Source: Mobula hypostoma (Eukaryota). Taken from it: a stretch of DNA of 64,000 nucleotides. The position numbers were made by a program, and so were the translations under genes. Below, piece by piece: positions 51,757-64,000 of the stretch. Under the pieces are notes generated by a model. That model worked only from the letters and a program-made list of their open reading frames with translations. It did no database searches and had not been told where the DNA came from. Position 1 is the first letter of the stretch. Each line of letters opens with the position of its first letter. The stretch is taken from the NCBI RefSeq assembly GCF_963921235.1, contig NC_086097.1, positions 9,548,001-9,612,000 of the forward strand, written 5' to 3'.

Positions 51757-52557
51757 GAAAGGCTGGGTATGGGCCAGACTGAAGGAGCGGTGGAGGAGCC
51801 TGAGGGTATATCGAGTGACAGAGAGTGATGCATGACCCAAGGTTTGGATAATTTTTTGCCACAGTCGGAAGTGAGGAACGATCCGGTTTGGCTCACCGTT
51901 CTGCAGGATTTGCTCATCTCTGTGCTGAACTGCAATGAGTGGACTTGTGAGTCAGCTACAGTGATGACTGGCTTTGGGAACTTCAGTTCTGAATGCTGTT
52001 TGCTTACTTTTATTGTTTGCACAATTTGTTTGTTTTTTTTCTCTCTTTCTGCACATTGGGTGTTTGACGGTCTTCTTTTGTTTTTAATGGGCTTTGTTGG
52101 GTTCCTTTGCTTTGTGGCTGCCTGCAAAGAGACAAACCTCAAGGTTGTATAAAGTATTTTGAACTTTGAATAGCAACTTGATGAGAGTTCATTAACTTCA
52201 ACCTTTAACACTGCTTCTCTTTTCAGAGATGCTTTCTGACCTGCTGAATGTTTCCATCGTTTTTTGTTGCTGAATGACAGTACGGTTGTGAGATTACAAA
52301 ATATAGCAAACTTTATTGCAATGCTACATCTCCAGCAGTGCATCTCCTTCTTCTTGCTAAGCCATTTCTGAGTTACTATGTTCTAATGCACCCCACGTTC
52401 CCTTCTTTGCACCTTCAGCCGACCCATCATCAAGGACATATACACAGGAAGTTGCTGGCAAAGGACCCGTAAGGATCCCAGACACCCTGCTTGTAGCATC
52501 CAAGCCAGGATCACCAGACTCGTAAACAGTTGCTTTCCCCAAGCAGTAAGGCTAATC

Positions 52558-52850
52558 CGAGATTAGGGAAGACTTCTTCCAAGACCGAGATTAGGAAAAA
52601 CTTGCTCACACAGAGAGTGGTGAATCTGTGGAATTCTCTGCCACAGGAAACAGTTGAGGCCAGTTCATTGGCTATATTTAAGAGGGAGTTAGATATGGCC
52701 CTTGTGGCTAAAGGGATCGGGGGTATGGAGGGAAGGCTGGTACAGGGTTCTGAGTTGGATGATCAGCCATGATCACAGTGAATGGCGGTGCAGGCTCAAA
52801 GGGCCAAATGGCCTACTCCTGCACCTATTTTCTATGTTTCTATGTTTCTA
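52558..52850 (+). mobile_element. Short CR1 3' end, same subfamily as 60181-63047
   Basis: Near-identical to about 62790-63047; (tttctatg)n tail. Confidence 0.9.
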
Positions 52851-54969
52851 ATCAATAGCTCCACCCATTAACCCACCCCTCCACACCCCCATCATCACTA
52901 CTTTATCATTCCCTACCAGAATCACCTTATGTACAGATATCCCTCTGCCTAATGTTACCTTATGGACACACACACCATCTACGTAGTATATAAACCATAT
53001 TATATATTTATTGTGTATTTTTATTATTGTATTCTTATTGTGTTTTTTTGTGTTTCAATAGACCTGGAGTAACAATCATTTTCTTCTACTTTACACTTGT
53101 GTACCAGAAATGACATGAAACTATTTTGAATTTAACTGTCTTTTGCACAGTTGGCTAAGGCTATTTGCCTGCAGATTCATGAGAAAAATTTTGAAACTCT
53201 GAAACAATTCTTGCCGTCAGCACTTCTGTCACACTTCACAGTTAAACTTCCTTTCTCGATCACTGAAAAATTGTTGCATTTAATACTTCTTGCCAAGCTA
53301 TTAACTTTGTAATTTATTTGTATGCAAAGACAGTCTGAAGGTGCTAGGCAGAAATGAACTGAGGTGCAAATATTCAGTTTTGCAGTGCTAATTCTCAATT
53401 TACACCTGCTCAGAATTGAAATGCACTGTGAAAATACAGATTTGTTAGATTCATTTTTATTTTAGCAATTCTAACTTGTACATCCATGGTTCTGAAGTAA
53501 TATGGCTGATGCAGTAAATAGAACTGAATTATTTTTGCCTGTTATCTGCAATAGACTGTGAGCAATCTCTCAATTCATTTGCTCTCTTAAAATTTAATTA
53601 CTAAAATTAATTATTCAAAGGGAGCAAAGAATGCATACCTTCATTACATGAACAGGCTCTAGATGTTAACCTTTGAGTGTATAGTATTCTTATTTCAATC
53701 ATGCATGTTTTAGGTGAGATGCCAGGGTCTTTTATGGTGTTTTGAAGGATGAATATTAATGCTTCAGCATTTTCATTCTCAGTTTGAGTCTTATTATTTT
53801 TGGTGATAGAAGTTATTCAATAATCCCCATGAGCCCCAAGCTTTGTGATTCATGATAGATTTTCTTTGAAAGAGAAATCTGCTTTCTCCTTGTGATTACT
53901 TTACTTATTTTATTTTTTTTAGTGATACAGGCCCTTCTGGCCCAACGAGCCGCACCACTCAGCCACCCAAGCCTAATCACAGAACAATTTTCAACAGCCA
54001 ATTAACTTTCTAACCATTATGTCATTGGACTATGGGTGGAAACCGGAGCTCCTCGTCACGGGGAGAAGGTACAAAATTCTTACAGACGGCTCTGGAATTG
54101 AACTCGGAACTCCAAGGCCCAAGGTGTAATGGTGCCACTCTAATCACTGCATGACTGTTGTAATTATGCTGCTTGACTACCAAAGGGTTGGATGTGGGAA
54201 TCATTTGAATTTCTTCCTGCTGAAGAAAGGATGAAGATAGTTAGCAGCATCTAGCCTCTGGAGGAGGCCGTTGATCCTCCACCAGTTGAAACTAAGGTAC
54301 ATGAGCCTTTCCATCTGTCCATCATCTCCTCCACAACTGGTTCTACATATCACCCTCTACTCACCACCCCCTGCTACATACAAGCAATTTTTCCTCTTCT
54401 CCATGAAGGCTGGTGGTGTAGTTGATAGGGTAGAAGGTTGTCATAGGTTATGACTGCTCTTTGACTGGAGAAGTGGTAGATGGATTTCAACCTGGAAGAG
54501 TGTGAAATGAATTACTTTGGAAGGTTAAATTTGAAGGAAAAATGAAGGATTAATGGCACGATCCTTAGCAGTTTGGATAAATGCTCATAGATCTTCCAAA
54601 GTTGCTGCACAAGTTGATATATGGTTGTTAAAAAGGCATATGGTTTGTGTGGGCCTCCATTTGTCAAGATATTGAGTTCAAGAGTTGCAAGATAATGTTG
54701 TAACTATATAAAACCCTAGTTAGACCACACTTGGAATATTGTGTTGTGCTGTATATTGGAATATGTTCTGGTCATCTTGTTGTTGGAAGGATGTCGAAGC
54801 TTCAGAGAGGATGCAGAAGAGATTCGCCAGAATAGCCAGAGACTTTTGCCCAGGGCAGAGGGCATCATTTTAAAGTGATTGGAGAAAACTATACAGGGAT
54901 GTCAGAGATAAGTCTTAGCACAGAGAGTAGTGACAGTGTCAAATTCCCTAACCAAGGATGGTGATAGAT

Positions 54970-55703
54970 TGTGTTATATTAAATTTTGAAAAACATTAGA
55001 TTAATGTCTGAAATGTAAAATGACAACTTAACTTTTTCTGAACACTTAGTTTGTGGGTCCTGCTAATATCTGTAGAATACGTATTAGCAACTAACTGTCT
55101 GTCGGTCACTTTGAGAGCTCGGTTGATGATTCTTCCTTAGTGTCAGCATTCGAAGTTATTATTTATGTGGGTAGACATTAATGTTCTTCTGTAAGTCCAA
55201 AGGAATGTTGTGTCCAAAAACATTGGTGGACTAATGGATGAAGAGTGACCATTACGAGGAATAATAGATATATGAGGTTATGTGTTAATGGATACTGGAT
55301 GTGTTTGAAAAAGGACAGGCTGTGTTGAGACAAAAGATCAAAGAGTTTGTCTGACTTGTGGTTACTCTGCACTTGTGAAACTGATATTATTGTGGTGCCT
55401 TTCCAGGTTTCATTGGACTTCAACTAACAGCCGGAAATTATGATTGGTGTTTAGGACCTGGGGTGGCTTCAGGAGTGAGTCAGAATTAGATGTACCCCCA
55501 AGAACAGCAACAATCAAGTGATGAATAAAAACCCTGAGTCCTGAAATCTTTGTGACTTACTATGTCATATTTTCTGTGGTTTATTTGTGCTTTCTATGTT
55601 AATGATAAGAAATTAGGCTTAAGTTACTTTGTTGAGCTTGCTCAATTATTACCATATCTCGTGGACACTCGAAATGCTGGGCCTGACTAATCCAGCCATC
55701 GCA
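54970..55703. mobile_element. Probable old solo LTR inserted in a decayed CR1 (about 54400-55775)
   Basis: CR1 sequence ggtgataga|...|tagaggcagatacatta is split; TG...CA ends; flanks tagat / tagag. Confidence 0.55.
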
Positions 55704-56046
55704 TAGAGGCAGATACATTAGGAGCATCATAAGGGCTGAAGGACCTGTACTGTGCTGTAAAGTTTTATGTTCCATGCTCTCTTAGTCCTAACGAACATGA
55801 CAGTAATAAACACTTACTTTGGGTGTGATGGTGGGAAGATCCAGACATATTAAACTATTATATGTGTAGTTCATGAGCATTTTATAAATATGGATTTGTT
55901 TGATCTTTAGCTCATAAAATGTGTGTAGTGTTTGGATAGCTAGACCTCTCTCCAAACAAAATCATCACCATATGATGCCTGCTGTATCTTGCTTTGTCGA
56001 ATAAAGAGGCTGCTTCATAACTACCAGTACTTCTCTCCACAGTATC

Positions 56047-56265
56047 AGTATGAGCAGCTGGTGCATATCACAAGTCCTGGTTACGCAACCACTAACACCA
56101 GCCAGACAATCTCTGTAGAGTATTGACCATGCCTGGGGTCACCTGTCTTGTAAAGACACTGCCTAGAAGAAGGCAATGGCAAACCACTTCTGTAGAAAAG
56201 TTTGCCAAGAGCAATCATGGTGACCCATGTCATACAACACGACACATGCTGAATGAATGAATGAA
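56047..56265 (+). mobile_element. SINE-like repeat with RTE/BovB-like tail, 5'-truncated
   Basis: gaagaaggcaatggcaaaccacttctgtag...tttgccaagagcaatcatgg; (gaat)n tail. Confidence 0.7.
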
Positions 56266-57211
56266 TGGAGAGGGAAGGGTTAGATTGGTCTTAGAGTTGT
56301 ACCAGTCTGCAGGTTAACTGGTCATTGCAAATTGTCCCCGTTTAGGTTAGGGTTAAATTGGGTGTTGCTGGGCAGCGCAGCTCAAAGAGCTGGAAGGGAC
56401 TATTCCACTCTATTCAGTATAAAGACCCATTCACATCAAAAAGGCTGCCTTGCACATCTTTTTATTTCAAATGTTCAGCACTTGCAGCTGTTTCTCCCAA
56501 GTAAAAGGAGCTTGGCTGGATACACATGCTTGTCCCAGAGGTTGTAGAACTTACCTCAATCCCAGAGTGTGATTTAATACAATATGTCATTGCTTCACAT
56601 CAAAAATAATTATCTGCATAAAGGGTTGCACAGGTCCAGACCCACCCTCTCGACATATCCTCCCGGATCCAGCGGCATGGTGGGGTCCAAGACGGCTGGG
56701 GGAAGTTCTGTTGCAGTGAATGGCCAGACCAAGCTTCGATGCAAGGGATGTTATGCCATTGCGGACACTACTGAGACGAGGCTGAAGGAAGATCATAGTT
56801 TGGAGCTTAACATGCAAGGGCACACCTTGTATTGTTAGGGCAGATGGGTAGGCGGGGAGTGTGGGGTGTCTCTAATGGTAAAAAAGTGAAATCAAAACCT
56901 TAGAAAGAGGTAACGTAGGATCGGAAGATGTAGAATCCTTGTAGGTTGTTAAGAAATTGCAAGCGTAAGAAGACTCTGGTTGGAGCTATATCTGGGACTG
57001 CGAACAGTACCCAGGATATGAGATCTAAACCAACATTCAATAGCCACCTTTGAAGATCTATTGGAGTTTTAGTTGCTCTATTTGTGGGTTTTGTGGGTTT
57101 GAGAGAGAGAGAGGGAGAAAGACTCTCTCTCTCTCTCTTTCTCTCTCTTTGGGGGCTTTGTTATCGTTTGTATGGTGGTGGGTGGGGAGGGGTGTGTCAA
57201 TGCTTCCTGCA

Positions 57212-58320
57212 GTAAAACATGGGGATCCAAGGGGACATTGCTTTGTGGACCCAGAAATGGCTTGCCCACAGAAAGCAAAGAGTGGATGCAGATGGGTCAT
57301 ATTTCGGTGACCAGTGGAGTGTCTCAGGGATCTGTTCTGGGACCAATACTCTTCATGATTTTTATTAATGACCTGGATGAGGAACTGGAGGGATGAGTTA
57401 GTAAGTTTGCTGATAACACAAAGGTTAGAGGTGTTGTGGATAGTGTGGAGGGCTGTCAGAGGTTACAACCGGATATTGATAGGATGCAAAACTGGGCTGA
57501 GAAGTGGCAGATGGAGTTCAACCCAGATAAGTGCGAAGTGATTCATTTTAGTAGGTCAAATATGATGGCAGAATATAGTATTAATGGTAAGACTCTTGGC
57601 AGTGTGGAGGATCAGAGGGATCTTGGGGTCCGAGTCCATAGGACACTTAAAGCAGCTTTGCAGGTTGACTCTGTGGTTAAGAAGGCATACGGTTTATTGG
57701 CCTTCATTAATCATGGAATTGAGTTTAGGAGCCGAGAGGTAATTTTGCAGCTATATAGGATCCTGGTCAGACCCCACTTGGAGTACTGTGCTCAGTTCTG
57801 GTCACCTCACTACAGGAAGGATGTGGAAACCATAGAAAGGGTGCAGAGGAGGTTTACAAGGATGTTGCCTGGATTGGGGAGCATGCCTTATGAAAACAGG
57901 TTGAGTGAACTTGGCCTTTTCTCCTTGGAGTGACAGAGGATGAGAGGTGACCTGATAGAGGTGTATAAGATGATGAGAGGCATTGATCATGTGGATAGTC
58001 AGAGGCATTTTCCCAGGGCTGAAATGGTTGCCACAAGAGGACACAGGTTTAAGGTGCTTGGGAGTAGGTACAGAGGTGATGTCAGGGGTAAGTTTTTTAC
58101 TCAGAGAGTGGTGAGTGCGTGGAATGGGCTGCCAGCAACGGTGGTGGAGGCAGATACGATAGGGTCTTTTAAGAGACTTTTGGATAGGTACATGGAGCTT
58201 AAAAAAATAGAGGGCTATAGGGAAGTCTAGTAATCTCTAAGGTGACGACATGTTCGGCACAACTTCGTGGGCCGAAGGGCCTGTATTTTACTGTAGGTTT
58301 TCTATGTTTCTATGTTTCTA
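57212..58320 (+). mobile_element. 5'-truncated CR1
   Basis: VTSGVSQGSVLGP, WAEKWQMEFNPDKC, LVRPHLEYC; (tttctatg)n tail. Confidence 0.92.
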
Positions 58321-60180
58321 AATAGGGGGAGGTTTGATGCTTTGCTGCTGCTTGTGCATGAGACTGAGGAGAGGGGCTTTGTGGTTTGAATGTTTTTCTA
58401 TCATTCTTTCTTTGGGGTTTTCTTCTGTTTTGAGGATGTCTGTGAAGAATAAGAATTTCAGGTTGTATACTGTATACACTCTCTGATATTAAATGAAACC
58501 ATTGAACCTATAATTAGTGAAATGAAAGGTCACACAGTTATTAAAACTCAAAGAGTTTCCCAAAGCTCCTCGAAGAGATCTTTTATATCTTGAGGCAATC
58601 TATTCCCATTTCCTTACCAGATGATGGATAAAAAGTATTGGGCCAAGTAGTCTGTGGCATCCTTTCGATGGAAGTAAGTAGACAATTGTCCTGTTGATCT
58701 GAGACCCTCAATATGAACAGAAAAATAAAGGGAGATAGCCAGTATAATAAGGTAAAGAGAAGAGTTGGAGCAAGAACTGACTAGGTCAACAAATGATAAA
58801 CGCAAGAGTTTCTGCAGATGCTGGAATTCTAGAGTAAGACGTATAAAATACAGGAGGAACTCAGCAGGTCAGGAAGCATCTATAGAAATGTTGCCTGACC
58901 TGAAGAGTTACACTGATGTGTTACAAGTGAGGAAGGTAAAAAACAGATGGAAGAAGGAAGAGTGGAAATTGAAACAGAGGCTGGAAGGTGACGGGTGGAG
59001 GGACAAAGGGCTGCATTTGAAAGAATCTCATAGGAAAAGACGATGGAGTGTGGAAACAAATAAGGGAGGCATGGTGTGTGACGGGAATATTGACAGGAGG
59101 GGACTCGATAGGAAGAGGATGAGGATGAAGTGGGCGGTGGAGAGAAAAGAAATATAGTGATAGACAGCTGGGATGAGTGGTGGGATGGGCACTGGAAAAT
59201 CTGTGTAGATCACAAAAGTTCAAAGTTCAAAGTAAAATTTATTATTAAAGTACATACACATCACCACATATAACCCTGAGATTCTTTCTCTGCGGGCATA
59301 CTTAGCAAATCTATAGAGCAGTAACAGTAACCAGGATCTGTAAACTGTAAACAAACTGTGCAAATGTAGATAATAAATCATAGCAATAAATAATGAGCAT
59401 TAACTACCAAGATAAAAAAGAATCCTTAATGAGTGTAGTTATCCCCTTTTGTTCAAGAGCCTGATGGTTGAGGGGTAGCATCTGTTCTTGAACCTGGTTG
59501 TGCAAGTTCTGATGGTAGCAGTGAGAAGAAACCATGGCCTGAGTGGTGAGGACCTTTGATGATGAACAGAGAGACAAGATAATAAATGGGAAGCAGGTTA
59601 CCTGAAAATACAAAATTCAATGTTCATGCCTTGCTGTGTGAAAACATGCTCCAGGGCTCGGTGAAAGGGGTCAAATGGCATTCACTATCAGTAAGTAAGT
59701 TACCCATTTATTTTCAGGACAAGATCAACACTAAACATTCAAATTACATTCAGTTACAAATACTTAGCTGAAGTGTGTGCTCAGAGCTTCTCTCACTGCA
59801 TCACACTTCCCCTGTTTCCATGGCACCATCCGTGACCTGGTCCAAGGTGACCCTGAGAGGAAAGGACCAAGTGCTTTCACCATACTAGACTTATACTCTA
59901 TCTGTGCCATGACATCATCAGCCAGTATGTGGTCTCAAAATGCACCCAGTGGGAGGCTGCTGTGTTCTTTAAACAAGCCAGTCCCTGGTTAGCACGGTGG
60001 AGTGACTTGCGATAAACTGGTAAAATGGATACTTAATGCTACATCATGCCATCATGTTGTAGACAATCTAGGTACTAATTTTCATTTCACCCCACCCGAA
60101 CAGTGCAGGATGCCGAGGACAGAGTGATTAGCAAGGCAATGAGGAGGCGGATAACAAAGGAGCAGGTTGTGGATTAAAGG

Positions 60181-63047
60181 AGGAATTCGTAACAAGGTGG
60201 ATGAATTAAAAGTGCAGGTTGTTATTAATGAATATGATATAGTTGGGATCACAGAGACATGGCTCCAGGGTGACCAACGATGGGAGCTCAATATTCAGGG
60301 ATATTCAATATTCAGGAGGGATAGGCATGAAAGAAAAGGAGGTGGGGTAGCATTGCTGGTTAGAGAGGAGATTAACGCAATAGAAAAGAAGGACCTTAGC
60401 TGGGAGGATGTGGAATTGATATGGGTAGAGCTGTATAACACTAAGGGGCAGAAAACGCTGGTGGGAGTTGTATGCAGGCCACCTAACAGTAGCAGTGAGT
60501 TTGGGGATGGCATTAAACAGGAAATTAGAAATGCATGCAATGAAGGAACAGCAGTTATAATGGGTGATTTCAATCTACATATAGATTGAGTGAACCAAAT
60601 TGGTAAGGGTGCTGAGGAAGAGGATTTCCTGGAATGTATGCGGGTTGGTTTTCTGAACCAACATGTCGAGGAACCAACTAGAGAGCAGGCCATTCTGGAC
60701 TGGGTATTGAGCAATGAGGAAGGGTTAATCAGCAATCTTGTCGTGAGAGGCCCCTTGGGTAAGAATGACCATAATATGGTGGAATTCTTCATTAAGATGG
60801 AGAGTGACATAGTTAATTCAGAAACAAAGGTTCTGAACTTAAAGAAGGGTAACTTTGCAGGTATGAGACGTGAATTAGCTAAGATAGACTGGCAAATGAT
60901 ACTTAAACGGTTGATGGTGAATATGCAATGGCAAGCATTTAAAGATCGCATGGATGAACTACAACAATTGTTCATCCCAGTTTGGCAAAAGAATAAACCA
61001 GAAAAGGTAGTGCACCCGTGGCTGACAAGGGAAATTAGGGATAGTATCAATTCCAAAGATGAAACATACAAATTAGCCAGAAAAAGCGGCTCACCTGAGG
61101 ACTGGAAGAAATTCAGAGTCCAGCAGAGGAGGACAAAGGGCTTAATTATGAAGGGGAAAAAAGATTATGAGAGAAAACTGGCAGGGAACATAAAAACTGA
61201 CTGTAAAAGCTTTTATAGATATGTGAAAAGAAAAAGATTGGTTAAGACAAATGTAGGTCCCTTACAGTCAGAAACAGGTGAATTGATCATGGGGATCAAG
61301 GACATGGCAGACCAATTGAAAACTACTTTGGTTCTGTCTTCACTAAGGAGGACATAAATAATCTTCCCAAAATAGTAGGGGACAGAGGGTCCAGTGAGAT
61401 GGAGGAACTGAGGGAAATACATGTTAGTAGGGAAGTGATGTTAGGTAAATTGAAGGGATTAAAGACAGATAAATCCCCAGGGCCAGATGGTCTGCATCCC
61501 AGAATACTTAAGGAAGTAGCCCAAGAAATAATGGATGCATTAGTGATAATTTTTCAAAACTCCTTAGATTTTGGACTAGTTCCTGAGGATTGGAAGGTGG
61601 CTAATGTAATCCGGTTTTTTAAAAAGGGAAGGAGAGAGAAACCGGGGAATTATAGACTGGTTAGCCTGACATTGGTGGTGGGGAAAATGCTAGAGTCAAT
61701 TATCAAAGATGTGATAACAGCACATTTGGAAAGCGGTGAAATCATTGGATAAAGTCAGCATGGATTTGTGAAAGGAAAATCATGTATGACGAATCTCATA
61801 GACTATTTTGAGGATGTAACTAGTAGAGTGGATAGGGGAGAACTAGTGGATGTGGTATACTTGGATTTTCAAAAGGCTTTTGACAAGGTCCCACACAGGA
61901 GATTAGTGTGCAAATTTAAAGCACACGGTATTGGGGGTATGGTATTGATGTGGATAGAGAATTGGTTGGCAGACGGGAAGCAAAGAGTGGGAATAAATGG
62001 GACCTTCTCAGAATGGCAAGCAGTGACTAGTGGGGTACCGCAAGGCTCAATGCTGGGCCCCAGTTGTTTACGATATATATTAATAACTTAGATGAGGGAA
62101 TTAAATGCAGCATCTCCAAGTTTGCTGATGACATGAAGCTGGGTGGCAGTGTTAGCTGTGAGGAGGATACTAAGAGGATGCAGGGTGACTTGGATAGGTT
62201 AGGTGAGTGGGCAAATTCATGGTAGATGCAATTTAATGTAGATAAATGTGAGGTTATCCACTTTGGTGGCAAAAACAGGAAAACTGATTATTATCTGAAT
62301 GGTGGCCGATTAGGAAAAGGGGAGGTGCAACGTGACCTGGGCGTCATTATACACCAGTCATTGAAAGTGGGCATGCAGGTACAGCAGGCGGTGAAAAAGG
62401 CGAATGGTATGCTGGCATTCATAGCAAGAGGATTTGAGTACAGGAGCAGGGAGGTACTTCTGCAGTTGTACAAGGCCTTGGTGAGACCACACCTGGAGTA
62501 TTGTGTGCAGTTTTGGTCCCGTAATCTGAGGAAAGACATTCTTGCTATAGAGGGAGTACAAAGAAGGTTCACCAGATTGATACCTGGGATGGTAGGACTT
62601 TCATATGATGAAAGACTGGATCGACTAGGCTTATACTCGCTGGAATTTAGAAGATTGAGGGGGGATCTTATTGAAACATATAAAATCCTAAAAGGATTGG
62701 ACAGACTAGATGCAGGAAGATTGTTCCCGACGTTGGGGAAGTCCAGAACAAGGGATCACAGTTTAAGGATAAAGGGGAAACCTTTTAGGACCAAGATAAG
62801 GAAAAACTTCACACAGAGAGTGGTGAATCTATGGAATTCTCTGCCACAGGAAACAGTTGAGGCCAGTTCATTGGCCATATTAAAGAGGGAGTTAGATATG
62901 GCCCTTGTGGCTAAAGGGATCGGGGGTATGGAGAGAAGGCAGGTACAGGATTCTGGGTTGGATGATCAGCCATGATCATACTGAATGGCGGTGCAGGCTC
63001 GAAGGGTCGAATGGCCTACTCCTGCACCTGTTTTCTATGTTTCTATG
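60181..63047 (+). mobile_element. CR1 LINE with nearly complete but disrupted ORF2 (APE endonuclease and RT)
   Basis: GITETWL, GGGVAL, RPP, MGDFN, ILDWV, DH; then DFQKAFDKVPH, GVPQGS, FADD; several stops and frameshifts; (tttctatg) tail. Confidence 0.95.
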
Positions 63048-63975
63048 AGACAGGCTAGCCCCTATTGACATCAATGGAATTGGGGTTGAGAGGGTGAACA
63101 GCTTTATGTTCCTCTGTATAAACATCACTGAGAATCTCACGTGGTCTGTACATTCCAGCTGTGTGGTGAAAAAGGCACAACAGCGCCTCTTTCACCTCAG
63201 ACGGTTGAAGAAGTTTGGTATAGCCCCCCAAATTCTAGGAACTTTCTATAAGGGCACAACTGAGAGCATCCTGACTGGCTGCATCACTGCCTGGTATGGG
63301 AACTGTACTTCCCTCAATCGTAGGACTCTGCAGAGAGTGGTGCAGACAGCCTAGCACATCTGTAGATGTAAACTATTCAGGACATGTTTTTTTTTGTGTG
63401 CCATACTCTGCCAGAGCCTTGGCGACCACTTTTTTTTCAAGTGGTTGTCTTGGAGGAAAGATTCTGTGAGTGGTCCCCCACGTCCTTCTCACAGCGCATT
63501 TTTTTTTTTACGAGGCCGAGTTGTGAGCTCCACACTCAAACGGCACGGATGGAAAGCGTGCCCAGGAGCGGCCTGACTGGACTCGGGAACCTTCGCTCCG
63601 GAGTCTGGCGCTGATGTCACTGCGCTACTGTGCCATCAGAACATTTACAGGTGTGTAAAAGGGGCCCAAAAGATCAATGGGGACCCGGGTCACCACAACC
63701 TCAAACTGTTCCAGCTGCTACCATCCGGAAAACGGTACCGCAGCATAAAAGCCAGGACCAACAGGCTCCGGGACAGCTTCTTCCACCAGACCATCAGACT
63801 GACTAATACAGCTGACAGAACTGTATTTCTATGTTATATTGACTGTCCTGTTGTGATAATATTTATTATAAATTACTATAAATTGCACATTGCGCATTTA
63901 GACAGAGATGTAATGTAAAGATTTTTACTCCTCATGTATATGAAGGATGTAAGTAATAGAGTCAATTCAATTCAA
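63048..63975 (+). mobile_element. Rex1/Babar 3' portion interrupted by a SINE
   Basis: KKAQQRLFHLRRLKKFG...ESILTGCITAWYG; (caatt)n tail; inverted relative at about 32820-33170. Confidence 0.88.
63386..63635 (-). mobile_element. tRNA-derived SINE, same head as 51409-51756 but different 3' module
   Basis: Shared gacatc.gcgccagac...acgctttccatcc...caactcg.cctcgtaaaa; TSD-like tcaggacat / tcagaacat. Confidence 0.8.
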
Positions 63976-64000
63976 TCCAATTTAATGAGTGGCAACTGAG

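Noticed and set aside
59590..59620. Recursive splice site (ttttcag|gtaacc on minus; similar AG|GT sites near 28870 and 53713 on plus)
   Set aside because: Host gene and strand are unknown and such motifs are expected by chance.
60295..61071. 258-aa minus-strand ORF (also 42893-43579 and 51648-52343)
   Set aside because: Antisense or alternative-frame shadows of CR1, RTE and SINE/LINE-tail sequence with no recognisable motifs.

Overview
This window is repeat-dense vertebrate non-coding DNA (intron or intergenic). The repeat repertoire suggests a cartilaginous fish, probably a ray; that is inference, not a database result. No intact host gene is recognisable, and every long ORF belongs to a transposable element. 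Non-LTR retroelements include CR1, Rex1/Babar, L1, Tx1, RTE, HERO and Penelope-like (PLE) copies. There are also at least four solo LTRs, a Buster-type hAT, mariner and Tc1 derivatives, and three SINE families, often nested with readable target-site duplications (TSDs). The most interesting signal is RNA-level. About 15 copies of a Penelope-derived repeat carry a minimal type I hammerhead ribozyme motif (CAGTC-CTGANGA-A-GGGT-loop-RCCC-GAAA-CGTC^GACTG), and several keep an intact catalytic core. One TSD-bounded non-coding unit (4328-4924) has tandem hammerheads 328 nt apart plus an inverted third, a retrozyme-like, potentially circRNA-producing architecture. Other highlights are a twin-priming-type 5' inversion in an RTE, a young L1 inserted at a mariner stop codon with the empty site also visible in the window, a bipartite Rex1 derivative and a modular tRNA SINE. 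Boundaries of old degenerate repeats are approximate.
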